In this document: in pieces, positions 57,071 to 64,000 of the stretch
How positions within the stretch are numbered: position 1 is the stretch's first letter
Layout of the letters: every line of letters starts with the position of its first letter
DNA from: a bacterium
GTDB lineage: Bacteria > Zhuqueibacterota > Zhuqueibacteria > Residuimicrobiales > Krinioviventaceae
NCBI GenBank assembly: GCA_963693055.1
Contig: OY843751.1
Coordinates: 3,584,001-3,648,000, forward strand
DNA: 64,000 nt
Reading direction: 5' to 3'
The notes under the pieces: model-generated
The model's input: the letters and a program-made list of their open reading frames with translations, nothing else
Told to the model about the DNA's origin: nothing
Databases searched by the model: none
Translations under genes and position numbers: made by a program

Positions 57071-59944
57071 TTACTCACCATACCCATCAAATGTCATATT
57101 AATATATACTGTGGTACTTGTTGTACCGTTTGGACTATCAAGAGCTACTGTTACTTCCGCAAGACCAGGATCATCAATTACAGGATCCATATTATTCAGC
57201 AAATTGATCTGAAAATATGTTGAACCACTGCCATATTTTTCAGCCTCAGCCATGAGTGATGTTGCGTTCAACTTGCCTTTAGAGGTCGATGCATTTAATT
57301 TCGAACCTCTTGCTACAGGGTTACCATTGATATCATAAACTTTGATATCTATAGTAGCAACTTGTCCCCAATTCAGCTCGTCTGTGTCTGAAACCACTTC
57401 AAATTTCAACAAGGGGCCGCTAAAGATAACCGCACCGGTAGTAAATACCGTAATTGAAGAATCGGAAGCGCCTGTCTCATGGTAATATTGATCACAACCG
57501 CGGGTTGTAGCCAAAACATATGCCACACCATCATTTTCATCATAGGTATTCATTGTGTTCAACACTTCTGAAAACTCAAAATCAGGTACAGTAATGGGAA
57601 GCATTATATTCCTGTCATTGGGATTCGGAATTCTATGCGGTGCCAGAACATACGGATCTGATGGATTAAGAACTGGACGTGGATTCGCGCTAATCAATGT
57701 AGCTGAACCAATTCCATAAGCATCTGTCATAACATCTGTTGTTATAATACCTGCTGTTGAAGTCAGATAAACCGTGGTTCCCTCCTCAACAGGGTTATTA
57801 TACCGGTCACCAACATAAACCGTTACATTATAATCTCTAACGTTGTTCCAGCCATCCTGGTTGATGTAATCAAACGCAAGGGTCATATGGGGCTCAACAT
57901 GATTTTTATCAGCCGGATCAACCCACATGTATGGAGGACCAGAACGGATAACCACATTGGTGGTTCTTGCGGATATATTATAATCATCATCAAGCACTTC
58001 AGCTTCAACGCGTACCGTTCCGGAATGGGTACCCGAGCGCAGGGTAACAGTTGCCTCACCATTGATCGTCTTGATGGGTGAAGAAACAAAGCCTGAAGGA
58101 TCGTTTGATGGTAATATCTGTTCACCACCACCGGGTCCACTTAAAATCCGGAATTGTACCATCACATCACTTGAAAGCGGAGTTCCGGTTTGAGATAATA
58201 ATGTTGCAGTCAAGGTAGTTTGTTCCAGATTACCGGTTTCTTTAACCCAAATAAAACTCGGTTCTGCATCAAGCAGGAACGAAGTTGCTTTTTCAGGTGC
58301 AAAAATAATTGGAATGGATTTCACCAGACCACCATAAACCACATTTACTTCTGCAATACCAGATTGGGTTTCAGAAACCAACTCAACACTTGCTGCACCC
58401 AGTGAATTGGTTGTCGCAATATTGGGAATTGATCCCAAACTTGAATTAAAATTGATCGTTGCGTTGGAAATGACCTCTTTAGAAGTCGTTTGTTTTAATT
58501 GAACAGTAATAACCGTTTTAGAGTTGCCATCTGCCTGAATTGAATCGGCACTTGCAGATACTTGCATACTGACACCCTTTAACTCCATTGGCAATTGATT
58601 TGTAACACTGCCAAAGGTTGCGGTAATAATATCACTTGCATCAACGGTATCGGCATCTGCTTCATAAGTTACATTCGCAATACCATACTCGTCGGTCACG
58701 GCTACACTGTCTACATACCCGTAATTTGAATAAAAACGAATTTTTGTATTGGTTATTGGATTTTGTTGATTATCCAATATTTTAGCGGTAATACCCACCT
58801 TGTCCAATCCATTTCGAATTACCGATTGATTTTCAGCTTTTAAATCAAAAAGACTTTCACCTGCAGATTCAATAAAGGAAACCTGAGCGGTATCTATTAA
58901 TCCATTGAATGTTGCAATAACCTGAACATTTTCATTTATTTCGCTTCCACTAACCAGCTCAGCAATAGCATCACCTTTGTTATTGGTGTATGCTTTGGCT
59001 GTAATAGAACCATCTGTCGTTGTGAATTCTACTTCTGCTCCAATAATGGGGTTATTTTTATGTGTAAGTAACCGGGCAGTCATATACAAAGAAGACCGTC
59101 CACCGGCAGATATTTGCGCTTCTTTGGGAAGCAATTCTAAACTGGGTAAAATATATGAAATAGGAAGTGCAATACTTTCAAACGCACCATACTCTACAAA
59201 CAATGTATCAACCATTTCTTTTGTCATAGAGAGCACATTAACAGTTGCAACACCTTCATTATCAGTCAGAACATATTGAGGTACAGTGTTTTCTAATGCA
59301 CGTAGATAAATATATGAACTGCTAACTGCTTTTTTACTTGTTGTCTCTTTAACCACAACCCTGAGTTCGGATGAATTGATACCATCTGCCGGAACCTCGG
59401 TGTGGCTCAAAGTTGCGTTAAACTGAACACCAATAAACTGGAAATTGATTTTTGAGGTTACAGTAACTTCACCATCTGCTGTTGTCTTTTTCAGACTTTT
59501 ACCCTCTGCATTTTTAACCGTAAGGCTGACAGTATAGGGTTTAACAACTTTCTTTGACAGTTCAGTACTGTCTAGCAAAGATGTTGTTACAGTTACTGCA
59601 ATATCTTGTTCACTGGCTACACTGGTTAAAACAGCATACGCTTCACCATAATAATTGGTGACTGCAGATCTTGTTATTGTACCATGTGTTGTACGAAAAT
59701 TAACCCGCACACCAGATGCAGAATAACCACTGGTATCATTTACGATTGCAACCAGTGTAACATTTGATACACCATCAGCAATCAACACGGGATCTTCAGT
59801 ATCCATGTTTACTTGTTCAATTGTATTGGGACCCGTAACTTTATCTTCATCTTGATCACATTGCACAAGCATAAAGCTAATCAGGAACCAGGCCGCTATA
59901 TATAAAAGTTTATGTAATTTCATCTCGAAAACCTGTACATTCAT
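57071..59944 (-). CDS. Invasin/intimin-like multi-Ig (Big_1) lipoprotein
   Basis: Lipobox MLVQC (likely start MKLHK at 59923); repeated units ADG.S...TV / V.FTTT.G.I / TN..G.A...L.S. Confidence 0.8.
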   Translation of the reverse strand: MNVQVFEMKLHKLLYIAAWFLISFMLVQCDQDEDKVTGPNTIEQVNMDTEDPVLIADGVSNVTLVAIVNDTSGYSASGVRVNFRTTHGTITRSAVTNYYGEAYAVLTSVASEQDIAVTVTTSLLDSTELSKKVVKPYTVSLTVKNAEGKSLKKTTADGEVTVTSKINFQFIGVQFNATLSHTEVPADGINSSELRVVVKETTSKKAVSSSYIYLRALENTVPQYVLTDNEGVATVNVLSMTKEMVDTLFVEYGAFESIALPISYILPSLELLPKEAQISAGGRSSLYMTARLLTHKNNPIIGAEVEFTTTDGSITAKAYTNNKGDAIAELVSGSEINENVQVIATFNGLIDTAQVSFIESAGESLFDLKAENQSVIRNGLDKVGITAKILDNQQNPITNTKIRFYSNYGYVDSVAVTDEYGIANVTYEADADTVDASDIITATFGSVTNQLPMELKGVSMQVSASADSIQADGNSKTVITVQLKQTTSKEVISNATINFNSSLGSIPNIATTNSLGAASVELVSETQSGIAEVNVVYGGLVKSIPIIFAPEKATSFLLDAEPSFIWVKETGNLEQTTLTATLLSQTGTPLSSDVMVQFRILSGPGGGEQILPSNDPSGFVSSPIKTINGEATVTLRSGTHSGTVRVEAEVLDDDYNISARTTNVVIRSGPPYMWVDPADKNHVEPHMTLAFDYINQDGWNNVRDYNVTVYVGDRYNNPVEEGTTVYLTSTAGIITTDVMTDAYGIGSATLISANPRPVLNPSDPYVLAPHRIPNPNDRNIMLPITVPDFEFSEVLNTMNTYDENDGVAYVLATTRGCDQYYHETGASDSSITVFTTGAVIFSGPLLKFEVVSDTDELNWGQVATIDIKVYDINGNPVARGSKLNASTSKGKLNATSLMAEAEKYGSGSTYFQINLLNNMDPVIDDPGLAEVTVALDSPNGTTSTTVYINMTFDGYGE

Positions 59945-59946
59945 TA

Positions 59947-61713
59947 TTAAACGTTTGAACTGAATTTTACCACAACCATGTCGCCTGGCCGTATTGCGCC
60001 TTGAATTCGGCGACCAATGGATCGTTCATATTTTGTTTCCCTGATCAACACATTCCCAACATTGAGTGGTTTATCACTACCATTTGACCGTATTACTGAA
60101 AACCGTTTACCATTCAGCTTGTCAGTATTAAAGTCTCCCTGCCATTTGATCAAAATTATATTATCATCGACCTCTACAATCTGTCCCAGAAAATAGTTCT
60201 TTTTTGCATCAGCAGTTTGAACAGAACTTTGTGAAGCAGATTTGGGAACTGATACTATTTTTTTCTGAACAGGTGCTCTTGATGTTTGTGGTCTCGCGGT
60301 TTGCGCACTTGCTGTTTGTGTTCTCGTTGATTGTGATCTCGCTATTTGTGTGCTAGCTGCTTGAGTCGTTGCACGCGGAGTTGTCTTTACCGGAGTTGTT
60401 CGTTTGTTATAAACGGGTTTGGTTTCAACAACCGATGCACTGCGGGGCTGCTGTACAATTCTGTTACTTTCGATCGCCTGGTGTTGAACCTGCTTTTGTA
60501 TAGGAGGCGCAGAGTAAACAGAACGAATTTGTTTTTCAGGACGTACGGGTTCAATATCACCACGCTGATAGGGCCTTACTTTTAATTCAGCATCATCATC
60601 CCAATAGTCCTGATTTACAGGCAAGTCCTTACGATCAAAAACACTCGGCAGAATAGTTGCCTTGATAATTATGATCAACTCTTTTTGACTTACTTCTTCA
60701 CGATTATAGCCAAAAATATAAGACAAACCGAAAAACCATCCCGGCAAGTCTTTAATGATAGGAACGCCTTTGCGTAAAGAATTTTTCTCAGTATTATATA
60801 AACCTGCAATAATGGTTTCTTCACCATCAAATAGTTGAATATATGAATCTGCTTCTGATTTTTTCACAATAGTACTAACCGCGTCAGGAGCGGCCTGACT
60901 ACGTTCAACATGTACTTTTAAAACAATTGCGTGACTATCATCTTTATCTTGAAGAAGATAGGGAGTAACTTCCATAATTGTACCGGTGCTGAAGAATCGA
61001 TCAATAACATTTCCTGCAAAGTCTGTGGTTTTAATTGAAAAATCTTCACCAACCTGAATTTTTCCTTCATTACCTTGTGTAACAACAACTTGTGGCTGCG
61101 CTAGTACTTTACCAATATTTCTACTATCAAAAATACTGAATAGTGCTCTTACATCAATATCATATGATTCTGATGAGGTAATTTCAAAATTCAAAAAACT
61201 ATCAGTAATAGATGAAGAACCCAGCTGGTCTCCGGAAACTTTGACAGAACCATTATAAAATGTGCTCCAGTCAATACCTATCTCAGAGATAGCCGTTCTG
61301 TCACCTTCAAAAAATATAGTCTCAATCTTTATTTCACGGCTGCCAAGCTTCACATTAATATCATCATCTCCGCTGCCTTTTGATGCAGAAGGTACAACAA
61401 TTTGCAGAAAATGATCCATCTCATCGTACCATAAACCACGTGAACTCAGAATGATCTGCAACGCTTTTTCCCATTGCATTCCATTGATATCCACTCCAAT
61501 TGGCCCCTGCTGTTTTGTGGGATCAAATATGGGCTTGTTTGTAAAAGTGATCGAGTATTCGCTCAGTATACTCATCGCGTCTTGAAATTCCAGCTGGCCG
61601 TTTATTGAACACATTTCCGCCGGTGGCACAAGTTCACGGGGCATACGTTCTCTGGTTAAACCGGGCAGGGTTAATAACGCAATGATTAAACAAATATTTC
61701 TAATTCTTTTCAT
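59947..61713 (-). CDS. pilQ: Type II/IV secretin (PilQ-like) with a long C-terminal extension
   Basis: WEKALQIIL, EIGIDWS, VLAQPQVVV, GKIQVGED, GTIMEVTP, DGEETIIAGL, GVPIIKDLP and ELIIIIKATIL. Confidence 0.85.
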   Translation of the reverse strand: MKRIRNICLIIALLTLPGLTRERMPRELVPPAEMCSINGQLEFQDAMSILSEYSITFTNKPIFDPTKQQGPIGVDINGMQWEKALQIILSSRGLWYDEMDHFLQIVVPSASKGSGDDDINVKLGSREIKIETIFFEGDRTAISEIGIDWSTFYNGSVKVSGDQLGSSSITDSFLNFEITSSESYDIDVRALFSIFDSRNIGKVLAQPQVVVTQGNEGKIQVGEDFSIKTTDFAGNVIDRFFSTGTIMEVTPYLLQDKDDSHAIVLKVHVERSQAAPDAVSTIVKKSEADSYIQLFDGEETIIAGLYNTEKNSLRKGVPIIKDLPGWFFGLSYIFGYNREEVSQKELIIIIKATILPSVFDRKDLPVNQDYWDDDAELKVRPYQRGDIEPVRPEKQIRSVYSAPPIQKQVQHQAIESNRIVQQPRSASVVETKPVYNKRTTPVKTTPRATTQAASTQIARSQSTRTQTASAQTARPQTSRAPVQKKIVSVPKSASQSSVQTADAKKNYFLGQIVEVDDNIILIKWQGDFNTDKLNGKRFSVIRSNGSDKPLNVGNVLIRETKYERSIGRRIQGAIRPGDMVVVKFSSNV

Positions 61714-61723
61714 GGTGTACCAC

Positions 61724-62737
61724 TTACTTTTTGGTTAATGATAATTCAAGGGAATTGTAACCACCCGCCGCATTCATATAGAACCCAACTCTGCCAGATT
61801 GTACATTAATATTCCCGACAGTACCACCCAAAACCCGATCCCCTTTTCTCAACTTTTTAATACGTCCGTGCTGATCCCTGATCAACACACTATTTGGGGT
61901 TATTGCTAAGACTTCTGTAGCTGGTGAAATTTCCGGTAATCCTAACGGATTTGATACAGCTGTTACATTACTGTTACCTTGTCCTCTTTCTGCTTGAGGG
62001 TTAGAATTTTCTAAAGTTACCAGTTCGTGAGAATATTCTGTTGATCTAACATTAACAGTCGACTGTTCTGCTTTTAATATATTGTCAATTGCTTCAGATA
62101 CTGAATTATCAACAAGACTTGCCAGCATTTCCGGTTTGCCAACATTCCGTCTCAAGCTATCCATTTCAAGACCTTTTTCTTTTCTAAAGCCCCAAACGCT
62201 TAATGCAAATGTCAATTCACCGCGGTTAGCTGCCCATTCTTCCTGCTTTTTCTGTTCTATTGGTATTCTATCCATACTGACCGATTGAATATTATAGAAA
62301 ATAGGTCCGTTTTCCAGGAACCATATCAATCGATAAAAATCTTCAAATTCTGACTCTCCTGACAACAAATAAGTATTTCGTTCAAAATCTTTAAATTTTT
62401 CTTTTACAACCAACTCTTGGTTTAATACAAGTTTTGAACTTGTATGGTCAATTTCTCGCAACATGTAATCAAAAGTCTCACCAGGAGATTCATTTCCGGC
62501 CAAAGCACCCAGCTTACCCAGGCTAAGATCACGCAAGTAATCATACTCTTGTGTAAGTTCATGACGGGTGATCTGCATCATTTTCAAATCATTCACGCGA
62601 TTTGTTTTTTGTTTAATCTCGGCTTCAAGACTGGTATGTTTTTTGGCCTGATAACCGTAAACATAATACAAACCGCCTATGAGAATAATCAGCCAGAAAA
62701 CAGCTATAAATATCGTATTTCGAATTACATATGGCAT
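61724..62737 (-). CDS. PilO-like protein with a C-terminal PilP/GspC-like domain
   Basis: TM + coiled coil + ferredoxin-like GESEFEDFYRLIWFLENGP; C-terminal VLIRDQHGRIKKLRKGDRVLGGTVGNI. Confidence 0.65.
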   Translation of the reverse strand: MPYVIRNTIFIAVFWLIILIGGLYYVYGYQAKKHTSLEAEIKQKTNRVNDLKMMQITRHELTQEYDYLRDLSLGKLGALAGNESPGETFDYMLREIDHTSSKLVLNQELVVKEKFKDFERNTYLLSGESEFEDFYRLIWFLENGPIFYNIQSVSMDRIPIEQKKQEEWAANRGELTFALSVWGFRKEKGLEMDSLRRNVGKPEMLASLVDNSVSEAIDNILKAEQSTVNVRSTEYSHELVTLENSNPQAERGQGNSNVTAVSNPLGLPEISPATEVLAITPNSVLIRDQHGRIKKLRKGDRVLGGTVGNINVQSGRVGFYMNAAGGYNSLELSLTKK

Positions 62738-62738
62738 A

Positions 62739-64000
62739 TCAATAACTATCTTTTTTTAGTTCAACTGTCTCTTCCAAAGATTTGGGTTGCACAAAACAAT
62801 CAATGGTAACATTAATAAAAGATCGGTCTTCTTCAGCTGTATAAACCGCAGAAACCAAACTAAAATCTATATATCGTTCAAGTTTAACTACCTGCTCTCT
62901 GTTTTCCATTTTCAAATCAGCAACAAGATGAGAACGGTCTCTAACTTCCATTTTATATAGACTAAACGGACCAATTTCATTATAAGCCTGAGATAAAGAT
63001 TCAAGAGTAGATGCCCAACGAATCGTCTCTTTGGTCATAGAATCTATCAATGCAGTATTGTTTTTCATTGCTGTAATTTCTGCACGCAAGCTATCAACTT
63101 CGTGCGCAACAGATTTTAATCCATTTAGCTCATTATTGAGAAAAACTATATTAGACTTTGCCTTATTAATTTCAATATTATTACTGATACTTTTGCTGGT
63201 TACAAAAAAAGCACTGATAAACAGAAATACCAGCAGCAATAAACCCGGCCAACCAATTTTATAGACAGAAGTTTTATCACGAATTCTTGTTGGCAAAAAA
63301 TTCTGATTATATACAGTAGAATCGCGTTCATCCAGAATTTTGAGTGCCATAGCAATAGCGATACCATAAGATTCAGCCTGACTTGCAAACTGGTCCTGGT
63401 TCATTCCATAGCTGGCACGTGATGCATCAAAACGAATAATTTCCAATTCCGGTAAACGGTTTTTAAAATAAGCTTCCGCGTCCAGTCTTGATATTTCACC
63501 GGTAAGAACAATATTATTTAAAGAAGTTATATTACCTGAATCCAGCTCGAACAATATCTTAGAAAAAGCCGTATCACAAACAGTTTCAGAATCTGCACCT
63601 TCATGAATTGTTGGCAAAACAGTTTCAATTTCTTCACCCTTCATGAAAAATATTTTTGTAAATCCTTCAGCAAATACAATAACTGCGGTATGGTCTTCAT
63701 TTTCAAAATCATAATTTTTAATCAGTTCATGTGCCAGGGTAAATTCTATGGTATCTACCATTGATAAACGAACAGGGTCTGTACGCAAAATGGAAGTAGC
63801 TTCATCAAACAATGCGGCAAGCACCAGTGGATCATCATGAACTACGGAAAGATAAGAACCGTCTTGACGCTTCAAGTACCCAACATTTTCAAATTTTGCT
63901 TCGTTAACTGTACTTTCATAAAAATCAGACCAGATCACCTTTTTGATTTTTTTACGGTTACTTTCCTGAATATCACTGATATTTTTATATAATGTAAATG
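62739..64000 (-). CDS. PilM-PilN-like fusion (5' end beyond window)
   Basis: Actin-like tail (NIVLTGE, YGIAIAMAL), NFLP motif, TM helix, coiled coil and PilN-like domain; the frame stays open to the window edge. Confidence 0.7.
   Translation of the reverse strand, partial: FTLYKNISDIQESNRKKIKKVIWSDFYESTVNEAKFENVGYLKRQDGSYLSVVHDDPLVLAALFDEATSILRTDPVRLSMVDTIEFTLAHELIKNYDFENEDHTAVIVFAEGFTKIFFMKGEEIETVLPTIHEGADSETVCDTAFSKILFELDSGNITSLNNIVLTGEISRLDAEAYFKNRLPELEIIRFDASRASYGMNQDQFASQAESYGIAIAMALKILDERDSTVYNQNFLPTRIRDKTSVYKIGWPGLLLLVFLFISAFFVTSKSISNNIEINKAKSNIVFLNNELNGLKSVAHEVDSLRAEITAMKNNTALIDSMTKETIRWASTLESLSQAYNEIGPFSLYKMEVRDRSHLVADLKMENREQVVKLERYIDFSLVSAVYTAEEDRSFINVTIDCFVQPKSLEETVELKKDSY

Noticed and set aside
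519-63388. Numerous 60-190 aa ORFs in the track overlapping long genes
   Set aside because: They lie antisense or out of frame within well-supported CDSs and show no recognisable motifs.
1-64000. CRISPR arrays, IS elements, integrases, prophage genes, rRNA
   Set aside because: None recognised. Intergenic gaps are too short for arrays and no such protein motifs were seen.

Overview
Bacterial window, probably from an FCB-superphylum lineage such as KSB1 or Calditrichaeota. That lineage call is an inference from the TonB receptor/CTD-protein/PorV triad without SusD, strong GGAGG-type RBSs and fused pil genes. Almost every gene is on the minus strand. Positions ~1-49.2 kb form one very large pectin-utilisation locus whose enzymes resemble the Bacteroides thetaiotaomicron rhamnogalacturonan-II (RG-II) set: GH143-, GH142-, GH140-, GH127-, GH138-, GH95-, GH43-, GH78-, GH28-, PL1-, PL11-, BNR/GH33- and CE-like proteins. 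The locus also carries DeoR, XylR-type and LacI regulators. The most interesting element is a six-gene block: GH143-like Dha hydrolase, Fe-ADH, DapA-family aldolase, PdxA2, DUF1537 kinase and an SSS symporter. It reads as a complete, stereochemically consistent catabolic route for the rare RG-II sugar Dha (Dha -> pyruvate + D-threuronate -> D-threonate -> D-threonate-4-P -> DHAP + CO2), which I do not know to have been described. Two other notable modules are a GH140/NCS1 permease/micro-protein/signal-less GH78 block, suggesting Rha-Api disaccharide import, and a SusD-free TBDR-CTD protein-PorV uptake triad. Right of a tRNA-Met lie a NUDIX gene, pgi, cstA, a probable FMN-binding pseudogene, an HDOD gene and a type IV filament operon with leaderless pilin-like proteins and an invasin-like Ig lipoprotein. 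All family calls come from motif recognition by eye; no database searches were run.
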